Shown here piece after piece: positions 1-7,525 of a DNA stretch of 14,225 nucleotides. The position numbers and the translations under genes are program-made. Below the pieces are notes generated by a model, which was not told the DNA's origin, ran no database searches, and saw only the letters and a list, made by a program, of their open reading frames with translations. The stretch spans positions 1 to 14,225 of the forward strand of contig JBBITJ010000020.1 in the NCBI GenBank assembly GCA_037440825.1, in the 5' to 3' direction. Each line of letters opens with the position of its first letter. Positions within the stretch are counted from its first letter, which is position 1. The DNA is from Candidatus Micrarchaeota archaeon. GTDB lineage: Archaea > Micrarchaeota > Micrarchaeia > Anstonellales > Bilamarchaeaceae.

Positions 1-2
1 TC

Positions 3-1586
3 TTCTACGCGAAATACGTGGGGCTCATCCTCCTTTTCGCATTCCTCGTCTTCGGCGTTCTTTCCACAATATGGAAGAGCAAGCCCGCGCGCTTCCTCGC
101 GCTCGCCCTTCTCCTCGCGCTCTCAGTTGCGAATATATTCATAAACGGCGTGAAATTCGGCATTGATTTCTCAGGAGGAACGCGCATCCCCATCGTCTTG
201 GAAAAGGCAGTCAGCGAGGACACGATGAACGAGATGCTCCAGACGATAAAGAGCCGCGCCTCGGTATTGGGGCTCACGGAAGTGAAGGTGCGCGCAGTAG
301 GCAGCTCGCAGATAGACGTGGAGGTGCCGGGCACGAACGAGGATCTCATAAAGACGATAGAGGACGTGCTGAGCCACCAGGGAGTTTTCCAGGGCATAGT
401 GGACGGAAAGGTCGCGCTCAGGGGCGAGGATATACTTCCAGGCACGATATACTCCGTCCCCACTTCAGCGCTCCAGGGCGCGGACTGGGGAGTAGGATTT
501 TCAGTTACGAAGGCAGGCGCGGAAAACTTCGCCGAGGCAGCCAAAGGCAAGGACCGCTATCCGCTGTACATGTTCCTGGACAGGCCCAAGGGCGCGGCGA
601 TATTCATTTCAATGGAAGACCTCAAGGGAGACAAAACCATTTCGGACAGCGACGCCGTGGATGTTGCGAACAAGTCCCTCATGCTCGAAGGGGATGAGAT
701 CCAGCTCTACATACTGGACAATTTCGATTTTTCCAATTCCACAATTTCAGGAAACGGCTCCAAGGCCATAGTTTCCAAGGCGCTCGACAGCGAGACAAAG
801 GAGAAGATTCGCGCGATGGGCTTCAACCTCACTGAAGTAGAGAATGTGAGCCCGTCTTACATCACCTCCACGAACGTGAAAGCCGTTTCGATAGACCAGT
901 GGGCTGCGATAGGTCTGCTTTCCGCGCCCCGTCTTTCCAAGAGCGTGACAGAAGGGCTTCCTTCCTATTCATATTCCATAACCGGCTCGGTGCAGGGCTC
1001 CGGCCAGGCAAGCGCTGCGGACGCGCAGGCAGAAGTGAAGCGCATAACATCCATCCTGAAAGGAGGGTCGCTTCCGGTGCAGATCTCGCTCGGAAGCAGG
1101 ACCTCGATTCCAGCGCAGCTCGGCCAGCAGTTCCTCCAGCTCAGCTTGCTCGGAATATTGGCTGCAATAGTGGCGATCGCGCTGTTCGTTTCCATCCGCT
1201 ACAGGCACCTGAAGATAATCGCGCCCATACTCGCGGTGAGCATTTCCGAATTTATAATACTGGTTTCCCTGCTGGGCTCTTTCACAATAGACCTCGCGGC
1301 GATGGCCGGAATCCTGGCTGCGATAGGTGTTGGAGTTGACGCGCAGATTGTCATTACTGACGAATTGATGAAGAAGGAAGGAAAGAACCACGAGGAGAAA
1401 TTGAACCACGCGTTCAATATCATCACCACTAATGTCATAGTTGCGGTGGTGGCGATGCTTCCCCTGCTTTTCTCAGGGATGGTTGAGATAATCGGGTTCG
1501 CGCTCTCGACGATAATCGGCTCCCTTCTAGGATTCATGATCTCGAGGCCGGTTTACGCGCTGCTCGTTGAGAAGATAATAGAATAA
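3..1586 (+). CDS. secD: Protein translocase subunit SecD (archaeal type), 5' end outside the window
   Basis: Frame is open from position 3. GIDFSGG motif after a TM helix, large extracytoplasmic domain, LKGGSLPV motif, C-terminal TM bundle with GVGVDAQIVITDE. Confidence 0.92.
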   Translation, partial: FYAKYVGLILLFAFLVFGVLSTIWKSKPARFLALALLLALSVANIFINGVKFGIDFSGGTRIPIVLEKAVSEDTMNEMLQTIKSRASVLGLTEVKVRAVGSSQIDVEVPGTNEDLIKTIEDVLSHQGVFQGIVDGKVALRGEDILPGTIYSVPTSALQGADWGVGFSVTKAGAENFAEAAKGKDRYPLYMFLDRPKGAAIFISMEDLKGDKTISDSDAVDVANKSLMLEGDEIQLYILDNFDFSNSTISGNGSKAIVSKALDSETKEKIRAMGFNLTEVENVSPSYITSTNVKAVSIDQWAAIGLLSAPRLSKSVTEGLPSYSYSITGSVQGSGQASAADAQAEVKRITSILKGGSLPVQISLGSRTSIPAQLGQQFLQLSLLGILAAIVAIALFVSIRYRHLKIIAPILAVSISEFIILVSLLGSFTIDLAAMAGILAAIGVGVDAQIVITDELMKKEGKNHEEKLNHAFNIITTNVIVAVVAMLPLLFSGMVEIIGFALSTIIGSLLGFMISRPVYALLVEKIIE

Positions 1587-1594
1587 TCGGGCAT

Positions 1595-1615
1595 CTGGAG
1601 GCTTCCCCTCTCCAG
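1595..1615. terminator. Short hairpin between convergent secD and pyrH
   Basis: CTGGAG (1595-1600) / CTCCAG (1610-1615) inverted repeat followed by TTT, in a convergent intergenic gap. Confidence 0.3.
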
Positions 1616-1638
1616 TTTCGAGTTCAGCCTTTGCGCAC

Positions 1639-2322
1639 CTACTCTTTCACAACAGTCCCGGAGTGCGCCTTTCCTTCAATCGCCTTCTTCACTTCCTCCA
1701 GGTTCTTCCCGTTGACGAAGTGCGCTTCTATCTTTGACCTCGCAATCAGCTTGCACGCCACGGAGTCGAAGATGAAGTTCTCCCCTGCCTTGCGGGAATC
1801 ACTCCTCATCGCAAGGGAGATCAGGTCAGCGTAAGAGAGCTTGGAATACCTCTTGGCGTTGGGATTCGTCTTGGGGTTGGAATCGTATATCGCGTCAACA
1901 TTGCTCATGTTCACGAGCCGCGCAGCGTGGAGCGCCTCTGCGAGCAGCGCAGCGTCCGTATCAGTAGTTATTCCGGGGATGGTGCCGCCCATGACGACTA
2001 TGCGGCTGCCCAACGCCGCGTCCCTCGCGGTGTCGAAATCGTAAATAACGTTTGGGTACGCGTCCCCTTCCAGCGCAGCTATGAGCAGCGCCGCGTTCTG
2101 CCTCGTGCTCATTATCGCTATCTCGTCAGCCTCGAACTCGTTCGCGCCCAGCTTCCTGGCCGCCTGCGCGTAAGCCCTCGCAGCGGTCCCCCCTCCCACG
2201 ACGATGCCCACGTTGCACTTCGCCTTCCGTATCATGTCCGCGAACTTCGCGACGAACTCCGTGTCCGGCGTGCCAGGGTTCACTATTCCTCCTCCGATGG
2301 AAAGGACGATCCATTCAACCAT
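1639..2322 (-). CDS. pyrH: UMP kinase (archaeal type)
   Basis: VLSIGGG, VVGGGTAAR, GGTIPGITTDTDAA and SNVDAIYDSNP motifs; ends HSGTVV; 227 aa. Confidence 0.95.
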   Translation of the reverse strand: MVEWIVLSIGGGIVNPGTPDTEFVAKFADMIRKAKCNVGIVVGGGTAARAYAQAARKLGANEFEADEIAIMSTRQNAALLIAALEGDAYPNVIYDFDTARDAALGSRIVVMGGTIPGITTDTDAALLAEALHAARLVNMSNVDAIYDSNPKTNPNAKRYSKLSYADLISLAMRSDSRKAGENFIFDSVACKLIARSKIEAHFVNGKNLEEVKKAIEGKAHSGTVVKE

Positions 2323-2359
2323 AATACCACTCAGTTTTTTCTTATTCTCATGGGCAACC

Positions 2360-2368
2360 TATTTAAGC
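2360..2368. promoter_or_regulatory. Shared TATA box between divergent pyrH and the Cys-rich protein gene
   Basis: TATTTAAG on + / CTTAAATA on -, about 30-38 nt from both start codons. Confidence 0.5.
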
Positions 2369-2397
2369 TTTGTTTCCGAGGTCTGGGCGGTGGTCTC

Positions 2398-2973
2398 ATG
2401 TTCAGGTACTTGCAAGCGTTGACAGCAATGCTTCTCTTAGTCGTCTCCTTCGCAGGGGCAAACAGCCTCTACGCAGCCAGCACCAACAACGCCTGCCCTT
2501 CCACTGACGAGCTGTACGAGGCGGCGGCGGAATGCGCTGCCGAGGGATACCTGCATTACACGTATTACGATTCAGACGGCTGCAAGCAGGTCGCGTGCAG
2601 CGATTTAGCCAGCCCGTCAGCCACGTCAGTATCCACCTGCCCCTCGTGGAAGGTGCTCGAAGCCGCGATGGAGGACTGCAAGGCCATCGGGATGAGCTAC
2701 GAGAAATATTCCGAATCCGGGTGTGTGAAAGTGAGGTGCATAGAGGCGCCAGTATCATGCAAGAAGACCTCGTCAGGGGGATGCGTCGTGATATCCTGCG
2801 AGGACGGCTATTCCTACAACTCGTGCGCCCAGGATGCGTGCGCCAAGGCCGGAATGAACGCCACACTGAAGATCGCGTCTGAAGCCGGCACGCGCGTATC
2901 CAACATTAGCTCTTCGTCGAACCCGATGGCGCTGCTCATAAACATGCTGAACTCGTTCTTCGGCTCCAAATAG
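2398..2973 (+). CDS. Secreted Cys-rich repeat protein, function unknown (191 aa)
   Basis: ATG 2398 preceded by GGCGGTGG SD-like sequence. Signal peptide MFRYLQALTAMLLLVVSFAGA, 13 Cys, two internal CPS...C...GC....C repeats, amphipathic C-terminus. Confidence 0.8.
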   Translation: MFRYLQALTAMLLLVVSFAGANSLYAASTNNACPSTDELYEAAAECAAEGYLHYTYYDSDGCKQVACSDLASPSATSVSTCPSWKVLEAAMEDCKAIGMSYEKYSESGCVKVRCIEAPVSCKKTSSGGCVVISCEDGYSYNSCAQDACAKAGMNATLKIASEAGTRVSNISSSSNPMALLINMLNSFFGSK

Positions 2974-2982
2974 CGTGATGCC

Positions 2983-3525
2983 ATGCTGGACATAAAGGAA
3001 ATAGAGCGGAACTTGCTGAAGAAGGAATCCGCGCTGGACGAGCTCATAAGGAAGAACCGCGACATCGTCCGGCTTACTGCGAATTCCATAAAGGAGATGC
3101 ACGCAGGCGACCTGGGTGCAGCGAAGAAGCTGCTCCAGCTCGCGGAAGCCGAGATCAAGGCGCTCTCAAAGCAGGCGCAGAAGCACGGCATGGACCTCAA
3201 CCACATAATGCAGGAGTACGCCGAGGCGAAGATCCTGCTGTGCGCAGTGGAGCGGAAAGAGCTCCCTTCAAGCCAGGACCTGGGCGTGACTCCGGAATCC
3301 TACCTCAACGGCCTGCTGGACTGCATAGGCGAGCTCAAGCGCGAGATGTACGAGTCCCTGCGCAAGGGGAAGAAGAAGGACGCGGGCTATTACTTCGGCC
3401 TCATGGAAGGCATATACGACGAGCTGCTTCCGTTCAAGTTCTCTAACGCGCTGCTTCCTGATTTCCGCAGGAAGCAGGACGTGGCGCGCATGCAAATCGA
3501 GCAGGCGCGCGGCGAACTTTTATAA
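2983..3525 (+). CDS. Translin/Trax (C3PO)-family RNA-binding nuclease
   Basis: QEYAEA, YLNGLLDCIGELKR and RRKQDVAR motifs typical of archaeal translin-like proteins; acidic residues retained. Confidence 0.88.
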   Translation: MLDIKEIERNLLKKESALDELIRKNRDIVRLTANSIKEMHAGDLGAAKKLLQLAEAEIKALSKQAQKHGMDLNHIMQEYAEAKILLCAVERKELPSSQDLGVTPESYLNGLLDCIGELKREMYESLRKGKKKDAGYYFGLMEGIYDELLPFKFSNALLPDFRRKQDVARMQIEQARGELL

Positions 3526-3526
3526 A
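3518..3526 (+). promoter_or_regulatory. TATA box for the lipoprotein gene (probably leaderless)
   Basis: TTTTATAAA overlapping the translin stop codon, about 22 nt before ATG 3548. Confidence 0.55.
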
Positions 3527-3547
3527 TTCTTTATCCCTATCCTTACC

Positions 3548-4627
3548 ATGGACCGGGCATTCCACGCATTCATATTGCTTGTTTTCGCATCAGCATTCCT
3601 CGCGGGCTGCACGAATCCCGTGGACATCATCACCGGCAACCACAAGGCCGAGCCCAGGCTGGAGATAAGTCCCATAACGATAATGGAGGAGAAAGAAACC
3701 ATAATAACGGGCGAGGAGCGCATTAAGAACGGCACAAGTGGCGGCACGAACGGAGCCTTCAACATAACCATTCCGGACTACACCTACGAGCCGAACCGTA
3801 CTCTCTTCGTGTTCTTCATCAACGTTTCCTACACCGAGCAGCCGGAGGACTTCACCAACGAGAGGCAGGGCGAAGCGATACTGGTGAAGAAGGGCGACGC
3901 TGATGTGCTCATAGACACGGGCATAAGCGAGCACTCCTCCTACCTGGTGAATTTCCTCAAACAGAAGGGCGTGGACGACATCGAGCTGCTGGTGCTCACG
4001 CATGCCAGGCCTGAGAACTACGGCGGCCTTGACGCAATATTGGACAATTTCAAGATCGAGCAGTTCATGTGGAACAACGACACCAACAACGACGCTACGT
4101 ACGCGGCGCTCGTGGAAAAGGCAGAGTCCAAGGCGCTGAAAACCATTCAGTCTTCCTACGCTCTCCAGCTTTCCCTAAACGGCATATCCATTCTCGTGAT
4201 AAACCCGCGCGACGGCACCGACCGGCTGTTCAACGTGGACAACGACGCCATAGCGCTCAAGATAACCGACAGGAACTTCTGTCTCATGACCACTGCAGAC
4301 ATACTCTACGGCGGGCAGAACAAGATTTCCGGATCCTCGGCATTCAATCCTCAGTGTGACATACTCCAGATCCCGAACTACGGATTGGGGGCAGCGACGT
4401 CCAAGATAGACCTGTTCCTCACTAAGGTCGCGCCGAAATCCGCGATAATCACCGGCTCATACATAGACATAATGGACGAGCGGTACACGATCTACGAGAA
4501 ACTGAGGATAAAGGGCATACCTTATTACAGGACGTTCAACACCTCGTACACGGCGTTCGATAAGAATACCACGAACGTTGTGCGCATAACCTCGGACGGC
4601 ACTAACTATTCCATCACCTACCAGTAG
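3548..4627 (+). CDS. Lipoprotein with ComEC/Rec2-type metallo-beta-lactamase fold, degenerate active site
   Basis: Lipobox FLAG-C. QGEAILV, LIDTG, GVDDIELLVLTH, DNDAIAL, LMTTAD and PKSAIIT align with ComEC MBL motifs; HxHxDH reads HARPEN. Confidence 0.85.
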   Translation: MDRAFHAFILLVFASAFLAGCTNPVDIITGNHKAEPRLEISPITIMEEKETIITGEERIKNGTSGGTNGAFNITIPDYTYEPNRTLFVFFINVSYTEQPEDFTNERQGEAILVKKGDADVLIDTGISEHSSYLVNFLKQKGVDDIELLVLTHARPENYGGLDAILDNFKIEQFMWNNDTNNDATYAALVEKAESKALKTIQSSYALQLSLNGISILVINPRDGTDRLFNVDNDAIALKITDRNFCLMTTADILYGGQNKISGSSAFNPQCDILQIPNYGLGAATSKIDLFLTKVAPKSAIITGSYIDIMDERYTIYEKLRIKGIPYYRTFNTSYTAFDKNTTNVVRITSDGTNYSITYQ

Positions 4628-4644
4628 AGGAATAGAAGAACTGC

Positions 4645-4680
4645 AGAAAAAGGAGGCTGGAAAAACAGGAAGAAAAAAGA
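4645..4680 (-). terminator. Oligo-T terminator downstream of psmA
   Basis: Three T5-T6 runs on the minus strand immediately after the psmA stop. Confidence 0.55.
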
Positions 4681-4684
4681 CTGA

Positions 4685-5392
4685 TTACTTGAGGTACTTG
4701 AGTATCTCCTTCTCGCCCATGGTGACGAACTTCTTGCTCTTGCCGTCTATGTGCGAGATCTCCACATTCTCTGTCTGGAGCTTCTCCTCGCTCGTCTTCT
4801 TGAGCGCGCCGAGAGCGAGCGCAATCGCGTCTTCGAGTGCCATGTTGTCCTTGTACCCTTTTTCGAGTATCTCGTCAACTTCCTTCTTGCCGCTGCCTAT
4901 GGAATCCGCCTTGAACCCGGTCATCGCCCCGGACGGCTCGGCTTCGTAGAGCCTCGGCGCGTTGTCGTATCCTGCTATCAGGAGCGAAACGCCGAAAGGC
5001 CTTATGCCGCCGTACTGGGTGTAAATCTGCATGAGGTCGCAGATGTTCCTGGTTATGGATTCAACTGGCGCGGGCTCGTTGTAAGTGAGCCTGTGCTTCT
5101 GCGCCTCCAGCCTTCCCGTGTCCACGAGTTTCCTCGCGTCCGCAATAAGCCCCGAAGCAGTGAAAGCCACGTGGCTGTCAATGTCGAAAATTTTCTTGAG
5201 CGAGTCCGGCACTATGAGCTTGCTGTAGGTGCTCTTGTGCGCTATGAGTGCCACGCTGTCCTTAGCCACTATTCCTATTGCCGTCGCGCCCCTCTTCACC
5301 GCCTCTTTGGCGTACTCGACCTGGAAGAGCCTGCCGTCCGGGCTGAAAACCGTGATTGCGCGATCGTATGCCTGCGGAGATACACCGTACAT
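4685..5392 (-). CDS. psmA: Proteasome subunit alpha
   Basis: YDRAITVFSPDGRLFQVEYAKEAV signature, SGLIADAR, YTQYGGIRPFGVSLLIAG; GAGGTG SD upstream. Confidence 0.98.
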   Translation of the reverse strand: MYGVSPQAYDRAITVFSPDGRLFQVEYAKEAVKRGATAIGIVAKDSVALIAHKSTYSKLIVPDSLKKIFDIDSHVAFTASGLIADARKLVDTGRLEAQKHRLTYNEPAPVESITRNICDLMQIYTQYGGIRPFGVSLLIAGYDNAPRLYEAEPSGAMTGFKADSIGSGKKEVDEILEKGYKDNMALEDAIALALGALKKTSEEKLQTENVEISHIDGKSKKFVTMGEKEILKYLK

Positions 5393-5446
5393 GAATTACA
5401 CCTCGATAAGATTAGCTGTTGTTTTGCTAATCTATTCCTCTTCACC

Positions 5447-5454
5447 TATATAAA
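5447..5454 (-). promoter_or_regulatory. TATA box of psmA
   Basis: TTTATATA on the minus strand about 55 nt upstream of ATG; GAGGTG SD in the leader. Confidence 0.65.
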
Positions 5455-5463
5455 CCTATCTGG

Positions 5464-5529
5464 TCAGTTCGCCGCTTTTCTGACCATCGTCAGCGTTTCC
5501 CCCTTCAATATCTTAAACAAAAATCCTTC
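5464..5529 (-). pseudogene. Diverged duplicate of the GNAT gene 3' end (within a possible 34-aa ORF, 5568-5464)
   Basis: EGFLFKILKGETLTMVRKAAN* aligns without gaps to the adjacent GNAT end KGFCFKRLKDDTLTMVFRKSN*, with the stop at the same position and many synonymous differences. Confidence 0.75.
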
Positions 5530-5540
5530 ACCAGGCTGGT

Positions 5541-5598
5541 GGAGCGTGGGCCTTGTGCTTTCGTGCATCTCTTCCCCATCTTCGTGGTAACCCGCCCC
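5541..5598 (-). ncRNA. Candidate structured RNA element (three-way junction)
   Basis: GGGGCGGGUU pairs with GGCCC(AC)GCUCC using G-U pairs that work only on the minus strand. It encloses CCA-CGAAGA-UGG and UGC-ACGAAA-GCA hairpins. Confidence 0.25.
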
Positions 5599-5633
5599 TT
5601 CGCTTGATATCGCTCGCACGCTTGGTCGTTAGT

Positions 5634-6023
5634 TCAATTGCTCTTTCTGAAAACCATCGTCAAGGTGTCGTCCTTCAGCCGCTTGAAGCAGAATCCTTTC
5701 CTGCAGTAAAGCCGCAAGGCGGGGTTCCCTATCTTCGTCTTCAGGTATACGTTCTTTCCGGTCTTCTTCGCGTGCGCCAGGAGGACATCCAGAATAGTGC
5801 CTCCCACGCCCTGCTTCCTGGACTTTTCAGAAACGCCGAACCCTTTCAGTATTATCTTCTCCTCGTCTTCAGAGAAATGGGCGAAACCGTCTATGCCACT
5901 ATCCCTCTCGGCGATGAAGAATTCGTCCTTCTCCCCGATCTTCGCCTTTGCGTTGGGGAATATGCTGAGGAGAAGCTTGTGCACCTCCACGAAATCCGTT
6001 TTAACTGCCTTCCTTACATTCAT
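5634..6023 (-). CDS. GNAT-family N-acetyltransferase
   Basis: MNVRKA start, V...RKQGVG acetyl-CoA motif A, NPALRLY..KGF motif B; 129 aa. Confidence 0.9.
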   Translation of the reverse strand: MNVRKAVKTDFVEVHKLLLSIFPNAKAKIGEKDEFFIAERDSGIDGFAHFSEDEEKIILKGFGVSEKSRKQGVGGTILDVLLAHAKKTGKNVYLKTKIGNPALRLYCRKGFCFKRLKDDTLTMVFRKSN

Positions 6024-6027
6024 GGAA

Positions 6028-6657
6028 TCAGAGTTCCTTGAACTGCACGCACAGCGTGCCGTTCTTCATCTCCACGCTGCAGTATCTCCCGCTCTCTGCA
6101 GCAGGCACGTTCACTATGAGCGTCTTGCCCAGCCGCTCCACCCCTATCACTTCGTGGAGGTGGCCGCAGAGCACGATGTAGGGTTGCTTCTCCTCTATCA
6201 CCTTCCTTATCGCCTGGCTGCCCACGTGGTTCCCCTTGATCTCGTCCAGCAGCCCGTAGGGCGGCGCGTGCACCAGCAGCACGGTCTTGGAATCTATGTC
6301 CAGCTTTGAAAGCTGCCTGTATATCTCGTCGTCCTTGAGTTCCCCTGGTGTGTGGAACGGCGTGGGGTTGGAGAACCCGAATCCAACGAGATTGTAACCT
6401 TCGCCGAGCGCGAACCTCTTCCCGTGTGCGTAGTGCTTCGCCTTCCGGAGTATTTCGAGCACGTTCGCGCTCTCGTTGTTCCCTTGTATTATGTATGCGT
6501 TAGGGGCAGTTTCCAGGAGGTCCATCATGTAGGAGGTGGAATTGTTCGTGGAATCCCCTGCTATGAGCGTGCAGTCGTATCCGTCCTTCTTAATGTGCTG
6601 GAGCTTTTCCAGCGCAACTTCGTCGCCGTGGATGTCTGCGAGCACCAGTAGTTTCAT
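6028..6657 (-). CDS. Calcineurin-like metallophosphoesterase (Icc-related)
   Basis: DIHG, GDST, GNNE, HAPP and GHLHE motifs; TPFHTPGE loop. ATG 6657 with AGGTGA SD overlapping the nop5 stop. Confidence 0.92.
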   Translation of the reverse strand: MKLLVLADIHGDEVALEKLQHIKKDGYDCTLIAGDSTNNSTSYMMDLLETAPNAYIIQGNNESANVLEILRKAKHYAHGKRFALGEGYNLVGFGFSNPTPFHTPGELKDDEIYRQLSKLDIDSKTVLLVHAPPYGLLDEIKGNHVGSQAIRKVIEEKQPYIVLCGHLHEVIGVERLGKTLIVNVPAAESGRYCSVEMKNGTLCVQFKEL

Positions 6658-6661
6658 GCGC

Positions 6662-7525
6662 TCACCTGTGCTTGAATGAGGGCTTTCCATGCTGCGGCCT
6701 TTGCCCTCTCTGCGGAGCAGGCTCGCTCCTTATCTCATCCAGCCTCTTGTCCAGCTCCTTCTTGAGCTCCTCTGCTATGAACCTGTGCGAGAACGCATCC
6801 GCCTTTGCGGCAATAGCCAGCTTCGTCGCCAGTATCCTCGCTATCTTCCCGCGCTGGTGCTTGGGCGCAGTGCCTATCGCGGGGTATTGGAATATTATGC
6901 CGTGCTTCGGCGAACCTATTCTTCCCTTGGAGCGGAGGTGCTTGAAAAGCGCCTTCTCCGCACCCAGCACCTGTATCGTGCTTGCCGGAAGGAGCGCGAG
7001 CTTCCTGAGCGAGCCTGCGTGCGCAATAAGCTTGGCGGCGACCTGCGCGTTCGCGACGTATTTCATGTTCGGGCACACTTCCTGCGCCATCCTCTCCTGG
7101 TATGCGTTGAGCTCGTCACGCAAATCATGCATGTCTACAATCTGCTGCGCGTACTTCCTCACGACTTCCATGTCCGAGGCGTTGAGGTCCGCGCCCAGGG
7201 ATTTCTGCGCCTTCGCCACGAGGTCAGCTGCTTTGGCTGCGCCTACCAGCGGCTCGAGCACGGCTGCTTCAGGGTTCTTCCTGTCGAATCCGACCACGAT
7301 CTGGGCGTACTTCTTCTTGTCCTCAAGCCTGAGCTCCGGGAAATAAGACGAATACAAGTCCTCCAGCTTCTCCGTGAGCATGTGTATTGCTTCGTCCATT
7401 TCGTCTATGCTCTTGGTGAGGTAGCCGAGCATCATGTCCCTGCTCTTGAGCGCCTCAGTGGTGCCGAATTTCGCCTTCTTTATGAATTTCGCGCGCTTGC
7501 TCTTACTTCTTTCATCTCGCTCCAT
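6662..7525 (-). CDS. nop5: Box C/D RNP protein Nop5 (Nop56/58), short N-terminus
   Basis: LYSSYFPEL coiled-coil motif, CPN, LPASTIQVLGAEKALF, PKHGIIFQYP, RGKIARILATKLAIAAKAD. AGGTGA SD 5 nt before ATG 7525. Confidence 0.95.
   Translation of the reverse strand: MERDERSKSKRAKFIKKAKFGTTEALKSRDMMLGYLTKSIDEMDEAIHMLTEKLEDLYSSYFPELRLEDKKKYAQIVVGFDRKNPEAAVLEPLVGAAKAADLVAKAQKSLGADLNASDMEVVRKYAQQIVDMHDLRDELNAYQERMAQEVCPNMKYVANAQVAAKLIAHAGSLRKLALLPASTIQVLGAEKALFKHLRSKGRIGSPKHGIIFQYPAIGTAPKHQRGKIARILATKLAIAAKADAFSHRFIAEELKKELDKRLDEIRSEPAPQRGQRPQHGKPSFKHR

Noticed and set aside
1927..2397. N-terminal part of the 348-aa ORF
   Set aside because: Antisense shadow of pyrH; the signal peptide and SD point to ATG 2398.
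5464..5700. Diversity-generating retroelement TR/VR pair
   Set aside because: Differences between the two GNAT ends are not adenine-specific, many are synonymous, and no reverse transcriptase is in the window.
6028..6657. Mre11 as HerA partner
   Set aside because: Only 209 aa with no capping domain; motifs fit Icc-related phosphoesterases.
6662..7525. IS110-family transposase (shares the Nop-like fold)
   Set aside because: No RuvC-like DEDD N-terminal domain; GAEKALF and PKHG motifs are diagnostic for Nop5.
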